Below are positions 46,806-57,350 of a stretch of DNA of 64,000 bases, piece by piece. The DNA comes from Bacteroides uniformis (GTDB lineage: Bacteria; Bacillota_I; Bacilli_A; RFN20; CAG-288), in contig CAVCCX010000004.1 in assembly GCA_963600815.1 (NCBI GenBank), positions 10,070 through 74,069 of the forward strand. Direction: 5' to 3'. Every line of letters starts with the position of its first letter. Position 1 is the stretch's first letter. The notes beneath the pieces were generated by a model, which saw only the letters and a list, made by a program, of their open reading frames with translations, searched no databases and was not told the DNA's origin. The translations under genes were made by a program, and so were the position numbers.

Positions 46806-49030
46806 TCAAAGTATCCCATCTCTCAAAATCCTATAAGACTGGCTTGAGGAAAACAAAGATTCTGAACGATGTTTCCTTCACGCTTCCGGAAAAAGGATTG
46901 TTCGCCATCTTCGGAAAATCCGGTTCGGGAAAAACAACGCTTCTCAATATTCTAGGCGGACTTGATAAGCAGGATGAAGGAGAAGTCTATATCGATGATG
47001 AAAAAATCACGAATGCCAATCGCGATAAGATCCGCAATCGGAAAATCGGATTCATCTTCCAAAACTATTATCTCGAATCGAATTCGACCATCGGCGACAT
47101 CCTGGCCCATCAGATGCGTATCGCAGGATTCACATCCGAGGAGGAAATCAAAAGAAGAAGCGACATCGTTCTTTCCTTGGTCGATCTGAAGAAGTATGAA
47201 AAGAAAAGCTCGGATGCCCTCTCGGGCGGACAGAAGCAGAGAGTCGCCATTGCCCGCGCCCTCATCAAGGGGTCAGAAATCATCCTGGCGGATGAACCGA
47301 CTGGAAACCTTGATAGCCAGAACACAATCAAGGTCATGGACATCCTAAAGGAAATCTCCAAGACGAAATTGGTCGTCCTTGTCACCCATGAAACAAGTCT
47401 CATCCATAAATATGCCGATGACCATATAGAGCTCATCGACGGAAAGCTTGTGGAGAATACAATCGTCGAGGATGTCAAAGGCTATCAGTTTGCCAAAAGC
47501 GAACAGGTCGAATCCTTCGATTTCCAGCAGAACGATAAAGGAAAGACGGGAAAACTCTTCTCCCTGAAGGATATCTTCTCCAAAGCACAGCCGAAAGAAT
47601 CCAATCGACTCAAGAAGGTCTTCATTTCCATCATGGCCATCTATGCTGTCTGTCTTGGATTTTTGCTCAACAGAGCCTATACGACGGCATCGGTACATAA
47701 AAGCGTGAATCAGAATGCGCTCTATACGAATCTCTCGATGTATTCGGAGCTTCCGATGCTTGATCAGAATGACTATGACAGCATCGATTTCTTCGAACTC
47801 AACATGCGTGAAGCCATCTTCTCTTTTGAGAACATCTCCTCCATCAAGGGCGTGAATGAAAAATATGCCCCGAAGCCACTTGAGGAAACAACGACGTTTT
47901 CTTCTCTCTATGGGAATATGCCATCCTCCAATCAGGTCCTGATCACAAGAGGCCTTGCCAAGCAGATCAAGCACGATCTCAGAAATGAAGATCTCAGCAA
48001 GGATGATGGGCTTCTCTTGATGAAATTCGATGACGACTATTCGATTTCCGGCATCGTGGAAGAGGATGATTTGGCTGTCTATTTCAATAAGCAGGATTAT
48101 GTGAACTATCTTGGCATCTACAACGATCTCAAGATTGTCGACAATGGAAATATCTTCTTAAAAAGCAATTATGCCTCGATGACCTACAGTGCCACGATTC
48201 AGGTCTATGAAGGGAAAAAAGAACTGAAAAATAATCAGACCATCATCGATATCTCAAGAAATTCCCTCTACAAGATGATGGAAGATACCTCACAGGGTGA
48301 CTACTACGTGGAAGAAGCCAATAAGAAAATTGTCGAGCTCACGACGGCCATCTATATCGAAAATAGCGAGATGTATGTCAAATACTTCAATATCACAAGG
48401 GAAAGCATTTCGACAGACCTTGTCATTTATGTCACGAAGGAAGCAATGAAGAATCTCTTCATCTATCTGACACCGAATCTCGAAACTTTGGGAAACGATA
48501 CCTCGACGACCTACTACTTTGAAATCACAACCTCAAAGGAAGAACAATTGCAGAATCTCAAGGAACGATTCAAGAAAAGAGGCGTCAACACCATCGATAT
48601 TGCTTCTCTCTATCGAAAGGAAGATGAAGAGACCTTGAAGAAGAATCTTCAGATTGTCTATTTCTTCCTTCTTGGCGCTCTCTTGCTTTATCTCATCTAC
48701 TATTTCATGGAAATGTCAGACAGCACGAAGAATAGCAAGGAATACGGCATCTATCGAGCCATTGGCGTCAACAAGTCGAATCTTCTCTTCAAGGAGATGA
48801 TGCGATCTCTTTCGAAGAATGTCACCGTGATGGCTCTCATGATGCTCCTTTCCACGACACTCTGTTCCATCTACTTCATCATCTGCAATTCGTCGATTCT
48901 TCTCTTCCTTCTTCTCTCTTTGGGTCTCTTTGCTGCTGGTTCACTCTTGATGATACTTGTCTCTTTGATTCCCTATCTCTTTGTGGTCTATAAGATGCCA
49001 AGCGAAATCATCGCACGATACGATCTCTAA
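46802..49030 (+). CDS. Paralogous fused ABC ATPase / MacB-FtsX-type permease (~320-aa ectodomain)
   Basis: ATGA overlap with the upstream gene and an AGGAGGGG RBS. Contains 'GKSGSGKTT', 'LSGGQKQRVAIARA', 'IILADEPTGNLD' and 'EYGIYRAIGVNKS'. Confidence 0.85.
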   Translation: MIKVSHLSKSYKTGLRKTKILNDVSFTLPEKGLFAIFGKSGSGKTTLLNILGGLDKQDEGEVYIDDEKITNANRDKIRNRKIGFIFQNYYLESNSTIGDILAHQMRIAGFTSEEEIKRRSDIVLSLVDLKKYEKKSSDALSGGQKQRVAIARALIKGSEIILADEPTGNLDSQNTIKVMDILKEISKTKLVVLVTHETSLIHKYADDHIELIDGKLVENTIVEDVKGYQFAKSEQVESFDFQQNDKGKTGKLFSLKDIFSKAQPKESNRLKKVFISIMAIYAVCLGFLLNRAYTTASVHKSVNQNALYTNLSMYSELPMLDQNDYDSIDFFELNMREAIFSFENISSIKGVNEKYAPKPLEETTTFSSLYGNMPSSNQVLITRGLAKQIKHDLRNEDLSKDDGLLLMKFDDDYSISGIVEEDDLAVYFNKQDYVNYLGIYNDLKIVDNGNIFLKSNYASMTYSATIQVYEGKKELKNNQTIIDISRNSLYKMMEDTSQGDYYVEEANKKIVELTTAIYIENSEMYVKYFNITRESISTDLVIYVTKEAMKNLFIYLTPNLETLGNDTSTTYYFEITTSKEEQLQNLKERFKKRGVNTIDIASLYRKEDEETLKKNLQIVYFFLLGALLLYLIYYFMEMSDSTKNSKEYGIYRAIGVNKSNLLFKEMMRSLSKNVTVMALMMLLSTTLCSIYFIICNSSILLFLLLSLGLFAAGSLLMILVSLIPYLFVVYKMPSEIIARYDL

Positions 49031-49050
49031 ATAAAAAGGAAAAACACAAA

Positions 49051-52000
49051 ATGAAAAAAAGAACACTCTTATCCGTTATTTTCTTAGCCGGTTCCCTTCT
49101 TTCCACAGGAGCCATTGTCTCCTGCTCGAAGACAGAAACAAGTCAGACGACTCAAACGACTGAAAAGGTGAGTGAAAAAACCGTCGCCTTCAAAATCCAG
49201 GACGAAAATGGAGAATGGAAGAATTACGTCGAACCGCAGGTCATCAAGGATGGAAAAGTCTCCCTTCCGGCAAATCCGAGCAAGACATATTACACTTTCC
49301 GTGGCTGGTTTTTGGATACCGGATGGGTCAAGGAATTCAAGAATGAAGATTTGACAGAAGGGGTTGTTGTCTATGCCTATTTTGTTGCCGATGAAGTCAA
49401 TATCGTCATCAATGGCGAATCCCAGGGAACAAGAGATCTGATCGACGTTGTCAATGGAACCTACAATCCCGGAGAAGGACTCACATTCGATGGCTGGTAT
49501 ACCGATGCCGACTGCAAGGTGAAATATAAGGAAGGCGATCCTGCGAAAACCCTGTATGCCCAAAGTGTGGCTACCATCACCTTCAACAACGGATATGAAG
49601 ATTGCTATGTCACGAAAATCAAGCCGGATACTCTCTTGATGAATCCAAGCCTCGACACCTTGGAAATCGATGGCGTGAAGACGACCGTCGAGGAAAACAA
49701 GATTGTCAAATCCTATATGTCAAATGAAGATATCTCCTATCTTGATGAGAATGGAAATGAAATCGACTTTTCGAAAGCCATCTCGAAGAACATGACCATC
49801 AAGGTGGCCTGGAAATCTCCATTCCTGAAGTACAAGATGTGTGACAATGAATCCGGAAACCAGATTCTTCTCTGCCTTGGCACATTTGGCAATCTGAATG
49901 GTTCGGATGTCAGTAAGGCAAAACTGGAAGATGTCCCGGTCATCTCTTTCCCTTCGAAAGTCACACTGATGGACAAGGATGGAAACAAGACCGTCCATGA
50001 TGTCAAAGGTGCCTATGTTTTTGATAACAAAATCTTTGATTCCACTGCCCTAAAGAAGGTCGTTGTGCAGGAAGGCGTGAAATTCATCCGCGGTTTCTCC
50101 TCGACAAGCGGCACTTCCGGTGTGCATGAAATCTCCCTGCCATCGAGTCTCAGAATCATGCAGGATTGCTTCAACAATATGAACTTCACGAAGGATTCCG
50201 TGAAGATCCCTGAGCATGTCGAAGCCATCTATGACTGCTTCTTCAAGGGCGCGACGGTCAACTACAACGATGAATCCCTGACCTTCTATACCGGCACGAG
50301 CTATGATTTTGACATCGCTATTCCGGACAGCGTGAAGAGCCTTTCCATTGTCCCGCTTAATTTCCGCTTCTCTTCGAAATCATCTTTCAAGAATGACGGA
50401 AAGATGATCACTCAGACCACAGACAAGGGCAAAGTCCTTATCTCCTATAATGAAATCGATGAACATGGCGTCATCAAAGTTCCTGAAGGAATCCAGGGCA
50501 TCCAGGTCGGAACATTTGTCAATCGCACGGACTTGAAGAAACTTGTTCTTCCTAAGACTTTCTCTTTTGTCAACTACAATCTTCCCTTGACGGACTTCCA
50601 GGACTGCTATGGATGGTATCAGGGAAGTTACACCTGCCATGAATGCTATTTATATAGTTCCACGCTCTCTGACAACGATTTTGCCTACAATGCAAGGCTT
50701 GTCATCTCCAATCTGGATACGATGACATACCTCGTCTTCCAAGGGGATGTATCCGAAGAGGTCTATAAGGCATTTGCCGGAAACGCCTCTACATGGGCCT
50801 ACGCAACTGGTTCTTTCACGGCCTGCAATGATGAAGTCTATCAGGATATCCAGACAATTTCCCTCAAAGAGACTTCAACACCGAAGGTGAAAGTGAATTT
50901 CCATGATGACTATAGTGAGAGGACCTATACGGCAACGATTGATAGAACAAATCAGAATGCCATCACCTATGATGAAATCTTGACGGCTCTGGACAATTCC
51001 AATTCGACATCCTATAAGTCTTTGATCGATGCAAACAAGATGAAAATCACAGAGACCTTGAACATGCTTGAGGACTACAATATGTCTTCTGCAGTCAAGA
51101 TGAATCTCTATCTCGATATCACCGCTGACTATTCCCTTGATAAGGCAGGTGTCATGTATGCTGTTGAAAACAACGAAGTGACCATCACCGGATTCGATCA
51201 GGAGACGGCTATCCAATTGGGCACAGATTCCTATGGCATCATCATTCCAGATACGATTGACAATAAGAAGGTCACTTCCATCAAGGAAGGTGCTTTCAAG
51301 GAGAAAGGAAACATTGAGGTTGTCCGCCTCGGAAAGAATATCACTTCCATTGGAAAGAATGCGTTCAATAGTGCCATTTCCCTGAAAAAGGTCGATTTCA
51401 ATGACGCAAAACTCGTTTCGATTGGAGAGGGGGCCTTTGAAGACACAGCCTTGACGAGTCTTTCCTTCTCGATTGCCTCTCTCAAGTCCGTTGGTGATTC
51501 CGCCTTTAAGATTTCGACATTGCAGAAATTCATCCCGGTCAATGGAGAAGAAAGCCGTGATGTCAGAAATGTCCAGAATGGTGAATTCTATTTTGTTCCA
51601 TATCAGACAATCAATGAAAATTGGACTGCTTTGATCACATCCTATCTCATTCTCAACCAGAAAGTCCGTTCTTCTGTGGATAGTGAAAAGAACGTCACGA
51701 CCTATGATGTCAAGATGTACGCCTTTGCCAACAATAGCGGCATCGATGAAATCAAGATCGGCGAAGATCATTCTGCTGATGGCTATCTTGTCCGCTATGA
51801 AGTGATGAAAGGTGCAATGACGGGTCTTGCATTTTCTTCGTCTGTCCATCTTGACCTCATCTCGGTATCGAAGATCCATAGCAATGCCATCAGTGATACC
51901 ACCATCACTCGAAAAGGCATCCGATATGATGCGACGAATCTAGGAATCACAACGACGGTCTCGACTATCGAAAACCTCGTGACGGCTTTGCCGGATGTTT

Positions 52001-52062
52001 TCGAAGCCAATTGGATCGATAATTACGATTCCATCAAATCTGTGAAGGTTGCCTCTCTCTAA
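49051..52062 (+). CDS. 1003-aa lipoprotein with Listeria-Bacteroides (Flg_new) repeats and BspA-type leucine-rich repeats
   Basis: Lipobox 'GAIVSC'. Flg_new motifs 'YYTFRGWFLD' and 'LTFDGWYTDADC'. LRR_5-like 'VTSIKEGAFKEKGNIEVVRLGKNITSIGKNAFNSAISLKKVDF'. Confidence 0.75.
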   Translation: MKKRTLLSVIFLAGSLLSTGAIVSCSKTETSQTTQTTEKVSEKTVAFKIQDENGEWKNYVEPQVIKDGKVSLPANPSKTYYTFRGWFLDTGWVKEFKNEDLTEGVVVYAYFVADEVNIVINGESQGTRDLIDVVNGTYNPGEGLTFDGWYTDADCKVKYKEGDPAKTLYAQSVATITFNNGYEDCYVTKIKPDTLLMNPSLDTLEIDGVKTTVEENKIVKSYMSNEDISYLDENGNEIDFSKAISKNMTIKVAWKSPFLKYKMCDNESGNQILLCLGTFGNLNGSDVSKAKLEDVPVISFPSKVTLMDKDGNKTVHDVKGAYVFDNKIFDSTALKKVVVQEGVKFIRGFSSTSGTSGVHEISLPSSLRIMQDCFNNMNFTKDSVKIPEHVEAIYDCFFKGATVNYNDESLTFYTGTSYDFDIAIPDSVKSLSIVPLNFRFSSKSSFKNDGKMITQTTDKGKVLISYNEIDEHGVIKVPEGIQGIQVGTFVNRTDLKKLVLPKTFSFVNYNLPLTDFQDCYGWYQGSYTCHECYLYSSTLSDNDFAYNARLVISNLDTMTYLVFQGDVSEEVYKAFAGNASTWAYATGSFTACNDEVYQDIQTISLKETSTPKVKVNFHDDYSERTYTATIDRTNQNAITYDEILTALDNSNSTSYKSLIDANKMKITETLNMLEDYNMSSAVKMNLYLDITADYSLDKAGVMYAVENNEVTITGFDQETAIQLGTDSYGIIIPDTIDNKKVTSIKEGAFKEKGNIEVVRLGKNITSIGKNAFNSAISLKKVDFNDAKLVSIGEGAFEDTALTSLSFSIASLKSVGDSAFKISTLQKFIPVNGEESRDVRNVQNGEFYFVPYQTINENWTALITSYLILNQKVRSSVDSEKNVTTYDVKMYAFANNSGIDEIKIGEDHSADGYLVRYEVMKGAMTGLAFSSSVHLDLISVSKIHSNAISDTTITRKGIRYDATNLGITTTVSTIENLVTALPDVFEANWIDNYDSIKSVKVASL

Positions 52063-52092
52063 ATCATTCAGAATATAAAAAAGGAGTCATCT

Positions 52093-55000
52093 ATGAAAAG
52101 ACTCGCTTCCATAAAAAGATGCCTGATGCTGTTTTCTTTCTCGTTGGGCGTCTATGCACTTTCTTCCTGCACATCCTCGATTTCAGATCCCATCGATCTC
52201 ATCATCCGGAATTATGGGGACAAGGAGTTCAAAATCTCCTTCAGTTCCTATAATCTGGATGAGCCTCTCAGCGATCTAATTTATACCGCCAACAATATCC
52301 CAAAGCTTCCCACGCCGGGCAAAGTCGGCTACCGGTTTTCCGGTTGGTATTTTGACGAAGCCTTTATCACACCCTATAGCAAGGAATATCTCTACACCAA
52401 GATGAGCAATGTCACCTTGTATGCCAAGTGGGAGAAAGAGGAATTCATCAATAACGGCATCTATGAGATCGAATATGAGGCCAAGATTCTCGAAAACACC
52501 ATCAACAAAGGAAAACTCGCCGATCAGTATGGGTATCTGGAATTCCCAGACCTCATCGTCAAGGATGAGACCTATATCGAAAAGAATGAGAATGGGCTTT
52601 TCCTTCGCATCCAATATGATATGAAATACCATTGCCCGACGATCGATGATGAGGGAAATCTCGGAACGTTGACGCTCAAGGTCACAGACAGCAATTCGAG
52701 AATCTCGGATTCGGAAAGCATCATCGATCGAACCGGCACGATTGAGACAATCTATTATGATTTCTCCTCCTGCAATGTGAAAGACAGCATCTACCTCAAC
52801 GTCGAATTCTACAACTGGAATGCCAAGCTCGACAAGGAGAGCGATCGCGTCTATACGAAAGTCGGCTATACGGTCGAATTCAAGATTACGAAATTCATCG
52901 GATATACAACCTCCTATGCCGATGCGAATGACCGCCTGGAAGACGGATACTATCTTGTCAAGACGCATTATGCTTCCCTAAATAAGCAGGCGAGCATGCT
53001 GGATAGTTTCAATCCGGTTTATTCCTACATCTATGCAAGAAACGGCCATTATCAGCTCATCAAGCCGATGAATGTCTACAATTCGGATATCATCGGCGAT
53101 ATGTCTATAAGCGACTATAACCATGTCAAAACCGGCTATGCGCGGGATTTTGCTTATTTCACCTTCGACCAGAGCATCGTCGCGAGCGATGAGGACGTGA
53201 ATGATAATTTCGCAAGTGTGGACTGGGCAAGTTTCCTCAATGCACAGTCTTTCTCTTCTCTGACCTATGAATTCGATAAGAACACCGGGAAATATTACTA
53301 TACATTCGATTTAGGAAATAAAGCGAATGTCGACCTTCTTCTTGTGGGTGCCTCCACAGGTGCCATGACCGAGATGTTCAACATGGGGCCGACCTATAAG
53401 AGACTTGTCATCGACTATTCCTCTATGGTGAAAGTCAATTCCATCGACTATGTTCCCCTGTCTGGCGATTCTTATTGCTATACGACAAAGCAGGCTTTCT
53501 ATCTTTATACTGATTTTGTATCCCTGAAAGGGAATACGATCTATGATGCAGAACAGGCCTATGGCGCCTATAATGAACTTGTCAATGTCTTCTATTCCTC
53601 AAATGACGGAAAGAAAATCAATGAACTCTATTCCACGAAAGTGACTATAAGACCTGTCACAACGACTTCTATCCAGGAAAACAAGGGAAATATCTTTGTT
53701 TTTGAAGTCATCAGTGAATGCTATGGCTATGATCCAAGAACAGCCAAGGCTCCGCTTTATGCCGATACGATCCAGTGGCAGACTTTCTCGACATATTCCC
53801 AGCGTGTCACCAAAAGAGTCGAGATGGGCTATGAGGCGAATAGGAATGAGAATATCGATCTCTATTCTCTTTTCCGAAGCAAGGTCGATGATACTCTTCT
53901 CGATCGAAAGCTCGCCTATCACGTCTACAGACTGAAAAATGGAAATGAAGTCGATTTCACCTCTGAAATCGAACTGAACCTCAGCGAAGAGAACACCTTC
54001 AAATATACATCCGACTTGGCCTTGTATCTGGAAGGGGAATTCGACTCGAATAAGAAATCCCTCCTTCTCACAATCGTCAAGAGGGAAGAACCTGAAATCG
54101 AAATCGTCGATCAATACGAATATGAGGATGAAGACTATGACATCGCTTGGTGCTATGACCAGGACAGCGGATGCTATCTTTCTTCGAAATCCTATTTCAA
54201 GGGGGACAAAGTCCATATTCCGGAAGTGAAATACACTTCCTATGGAAACGAGTACACCTCTCTTGATGCCTATGATTCCCTCAATGATGTCTATCATATG
54301 AACCAGGAGAGAATCAGCATCTATGACTACACCAATCAGGTGTATTCGAAAGTCAATTACGACTACGAAGTCTGGAATGACTCTCTTTTCGATATGACGA
54401 GTGAAACCATGGTCGTCACCTATCAGCTTGTCGACCGCTATGGATACAATCGATCTTTGACCTTCCTATACAAAGGCGAGGAAAAAGGAACCTATCAGAT
54501 TTTTCGGAACGGCGAAGAAATCTATTCCGGAAAACAATATTATTTTGCCGATGGAACAAGAAGAAGCATCAGCGTGAATAACAAATCCGCAAGGGAATAT
54601 ACTTCCGCCTATGACGCCATCCACACTTCCTATACCCTCAAAGTTGGCAATGACGAATATCCCTTGAATCTTGTGAAATTCTCCTGTTATACAAAAGAGA
54701 ATACAGTGGAAGGCACAACGGAAGAGGAACTCTCTTCGGCCATCGATGGTGCAAATTATGCACTTCTCTATTTTGAATACCGCCATGACGAAGATACCTA
54801 TTCGACCTATATGGTCTATAATCTGAAACTCAATGGAAAGAATTATTCGGCCTATTCGATTCTGAACAACAAGGAAGTCTTCACGGATACGACCTATTCG
54901 TTCAACAACATCATCATGATGGATCAGTATGGAACGAACCTTTCCACCTGCTATCCGGAATTCAGAAAATATTCCAATGGCTACTATACGAATGTCTCTG

Positions 55001-56046
55001 CTTCGGATATGACCAATCAGAACAATATCAGCTTCAAATTCCTGACAAGCGGAAGATACAAGGTCAGTTATACTCTCTCCTTTGTGGAGGATGAAAATGA
55101 AGATACTGTTCTCTATATCGGAAAGAAATCCATCACCTTAAGTGAGGAATTCATCGTTCACTCCTTGGATGAGGAAATCACTGTCCAATATAGAACGGAT
55201 TCTTCGCACCCGTTCAAGGATTCCCTTCCCAATGTCACAGTTCTATCCAATGGCGATCAAGTCTATACGACGAGAATCAAGCAGAGCGAAGAAAACACAG
55301 CCCTGGATAGTTCTTGTTTTGCTTCTTCGAAGGATAATCTCTATTCCTGGGGCTATCAGAAGAAAAACGGACAAATTCAGGAAACCTATCGTCCGGGACA
55401 GGTTTTAAGCAATGTCGGGGCCAAGCTCAATACGACCAAACCTGTTTTGATTGCCGTATGGGATGAAGGTCTCAGCGTCACGGCTCAGTACACCGTTTCT
55501 GGTGTGACAAAGGTCATTTCGACGAAGACGTATTACAAGTCCAACGGGAAATATATGTTCAATCTTGGAGACTTCATCTTCCCGGTTCCTGCTGGATGCA
55601 CCTTTGTCGGATGGCGTTGTTCGAAGGCTGTTTTCTATGAGGGACATGGCGATGAAATTGTCTATTCCAATGAGACAAGCTATACGAACAACATGTCCTT
55701 CGCATTTGATGAATCCATCACCATCGAAGCTATACTCAAGGAACCTTTGAAAGTGAAATTCTATACCTATAATTCGACTCTGGAAGGAAGTGTCTCGATT
55801 CGTGATCTATCAGAGATGTCTCTTTCTGCCCAGGAAATCAATGAGGATGTCAGCCTGAAGGATGGACTTTCTTCGGCATTCCTGAAATACCTCAAGAAGA
55901 AGGAAAATCAGGAAGGGTTCAAGTATTGGGCAGTCTATCATAACGGAACACTTGAAAGAATCTCTTCCTTGGATGACTTTGTCGTCAGGAAGGAATATCT
56001 ATCCGATGGCATGATTCGCATTGTTGCGGTCGGTTTGGAGGCGTGA
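52093..56046 (+). CDS. 1317-aa Tyr-rich lipoprotein with terminal Flg_new-type repeats and an unassigned central region
   Basis: Lipobox 'YALSSC'. Contains 'VGYRFSGWYFDEAF...LYAKWEKE' and a C-terminal 'CTFVGWRCS'. AAGGAG RBS. Confidence 0.7.
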   Translation: MKRLASIKRCLMLFSFSLGVYALSSCTSSISDPIDLIIRNYGDKEFKISFSSYNLDEPLSDLIYTANNIPKLPTPGKVGYRFSGWYFDEAFITPYSKEYLYTKMSNVTLYAKWEKEEFINNGIYEIEYEAKILENTINKGKLADQYGYLEFPDLIVKDETYIEKNENGLFLRIQYDMKYHCPTIDDEGNLGTLTLKVTDSNSRISDSESIIDRTGTIETIYYDFSSCNVKDSIYLNVEFYNWNAKLDKESDRVYTKVGYTVEFKITKFIGYTTSYADANDRLEDGYYLVKTHYASLNKQASMLDSFNPVYSYIYARNGHYQLIKPMNVYNSDIIGDMSISDYNHVKTGYARDFAYFTFDQSIVASDEDVNDNFASVDWASFLNAQSFSSLTYEFDKNTGKYYYTFDLGNKANVDLLLVGASTGAMTEMFNMGPTYKRLVIDYSSMVKVNSIDYVPLSGDSYCYTTKQAFYLYTDFVSLKGNTIYDAEQAYGAYNELVNVFYSSNDGKKINELYSTKVTIRPVTTTSIQENKGNIFVFEVISECYGYDPRTAKAPLYADTIQWQTFSTYSQRVTKRVEMGYEANRNENIDLYSLFRSKVDDTLLDRKLAYHVYRLKNGNEVDFTSEIELNLSEENTFKYTSDLALYLEGEFDSNKKSLLLTIVKREEPEIEIVDQYEYEDEDYDIAWCYDQDSGCYLSSKSYFKGDKVHIPEVKYTSYGNEYTSLDAYDSLNDVYHMNQERISIYDYTNQVYSKVNYDYEVWNDSLFDMTSETMVVTYQLVDRYGYNRSLTFLYKGEEKGTYQIFRNGEEIYSGKQYYFADGTRRSISVNNKSAREYTSAYDAIHTSYTLKVGNDEYPLNLVKFSCYTKENTVEGTTEEELSSAIDGANYALLYFEYRHDEDTYSTYMVYNLKLNGKNYSAYSILNNKEVFTDTTYSFNNIIMMDQYGTNLSTCYPEFRKYSNGYYTNVSASDMTNQNNISFKFLTSGRYKVSYTLSFVEDENEDTVLYIGKKSITLSEEFIVHSLDEEITVQYRTDSSHPFKDSLPNVTVLSNGDQVYTTRIKQSEENTALDSSCFASSKDNLYSWGYQKKNGQIQETYRPGQVLSNVGAKLNTTKPVLIAVWDEGLSVTAQYTVSGVTKVISTKTYYKSNGKYMFNLGDFIFPVPAGCTFVGWRCSKAVFYEGHGDEIVYSNETSYTNNMSFAFDESITIEAILKEPLKVKFYTYNSTLEGSVSIRDLSEMSLSAQEINEDVSLKDGLSSAFLKYLKKKENQEGFKYWAVYHNGTLERISSLDDFVVRKEYLSDGMIRIVAVGLEA

Positions 56047-56047
56047 T

Positions 56048-57286
56048 ATGAAATTCTTATTTTTGGCTTTTTCTCTCTTCGTGCCTTTTTCTCCAATCAA
56101 AAAGGCAGAAGAGATGCCTCTAAGTGATTATTCGATCTATACGGCTTCTTACGAGATTGGTGGAACCAATCAGATCGGAAAGCATATGATCGGAAAATAT
56201 TTCGATTCCACCGCCAGAATCTTCAAGGAAGATGATCTCTATTTTCTTTCATTGACCCTTTTGGATAATCAGGCTTTGACGGATCTGAACCTCTCGGTTT
56301 CTTCCTTGAAGAGCGGTGTCAAAGAAGAAATCGATGGGAAAAAGACTGTCTATACGATGACTCTTTCCTATGAAGATATAAAGAAAGAGATTTCTGTCTC
56401 AGGCAATGTCAACAAGATGGGAATGGATGTCTCTTTTTCAATCAAACCGAATTTTTCTTCTCTTGAACTGACCTCTGAAAAAGTCGATGAGACAGAAGAA
56501 TATCCTGCCCAGTTTGTCCCTGAACTCCATTTTGATTCTCTAGGCGATATCGAGACCACATTGAATTCCTACTATATGATTCCGAATGTCAAAGGATTCT
56601 TCGATGGAAAAGACCTGCCTGTGGAAGTGAAAGTGACATCCCCAAGCGGAGAGGAAGTTCAGATAGAGGAGAATAAAATCCGTGTCAGCGAGCTTGGAGA
56701 CTATTCTCTTGCCTATAAGACATCGACAAAGGAATATAAGACCAATCTTGGAAATGATTCCTACGCTCTTGAGACGATCACACTGAAAAGCAATGCTCAG
56801 GAAAGCGACCTAGTGAAGGTCAATGACATCAATCATGTTCTTCCAAAGGGTACAATTGTCCAGTGTCAGAGAATCCATTCCGGTTCGACCTATGAGAAGA
56901 TTTCTTCTCTTCTAGAGAATATCTCGGATCATTATGAGGTCACGGATATCTCGCTGATGGATCAAAACGGAGATAAACTGAATCTATCTGGTACGATCCA
57001 GTGTCTTATCAATACAAATCCGAACTATGATCGAAACAAGGTGAAAGTCGCTTTTGTTTTGGATGATAAGTTGGAACCTGTTTCTTCAGAAAGCTATGGA
57101 AGATATATCCGTTTCGAAAGCCAGAAAACGGGAACATATGTCATCTATGTCGAAGGTGTGAAATCGAGTGTGAATCTTTCTCTTCTTATCACGCTTTCTG
57201 TTGTCGGTGGCGTTCTTGTTCTTGCATTGATTCTCTTTCTGATTCTATTTCGATTAAGGAAAAAGAAGAAAAGGCAAATCGCCTGA
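56048..57286 (+). CDS. Secreted protein with a NEAT-like beta-sandwich (tentative) and a C-terminal TM anchor plus basic tail
   Basis: GGAGG RBS, starting 1 nt after the upstream stop codon. Signal peptide MKFLFLAFSLFVPFSPIKKAEE. 'YEIGGTNQIGKHMIGKYFDSTARIFKEDDLYFLSLTLLDN' is NEAT-like. The C-terminus is 'LLITLSVVGGVLVLALILFLILFRLRKKKKRQIA'. Confidence 0.6.
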   Translation: MKFLFLAFSLFVPFSPIKKAEEMPLSDYSIYTASYEIGGTNQIGKHMIGKYFDSTARIFKEDDLYFLSLTLLDNQALTDLNLSVSSLKSGVKEEIDGKKTVYTMTLSYEDIKKEISVSGNVNKMGMDVSFSIKPNFSSLELTSEKVDETEEYPAQFVPELHFDSLGDIETTLNSYYMIPNVKGFFDGKDLPVEVKVTSPSGEEVQIEENKIRVSELGDYSLAYKTSTKEYKTNLGNDSYALETITLKSNAQESDLVKVNDINHVLPKGTIVQCQRIHSGSTYEKISSLLENISDHYEVTDISLMDQNGDKLNLSGTIQCLINTNPNYDRNKVKVAFVLDDKLEPVSSESYGRYIRFESQKTGTYVIYVEGVKSSVNLSLLITLSVVGGVLVLALILFLILFRLRKKKKRQIA

Positions 57287-57303
57287 AATATTGCTTTCGC
57301 ATC

Positions 57304-57343
57304 AAAAATACCCTTGGCCATTACACTCAAGGGTATTTCATTT
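57304..57343. terminator. Hairpin between convergent genes, probably a bidirectional terminator
   Basis: 10-bp stem aaataccctt/aagggtattt flanked by A and T runs. Confidence 0.55.
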
Positions 57344-57350
57344 GGTTTGT

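Noticed and set aside
50875-54297. Minus-strand ORFs of 334, 230 and 232 aa (50875..51879, 52276..52968, 53599..54297)
   Set aside because: They are antisense to the two large lipoprotein genes of the ABC operon. They have low-complexity I/D/R/F-rich composition and no RBS.
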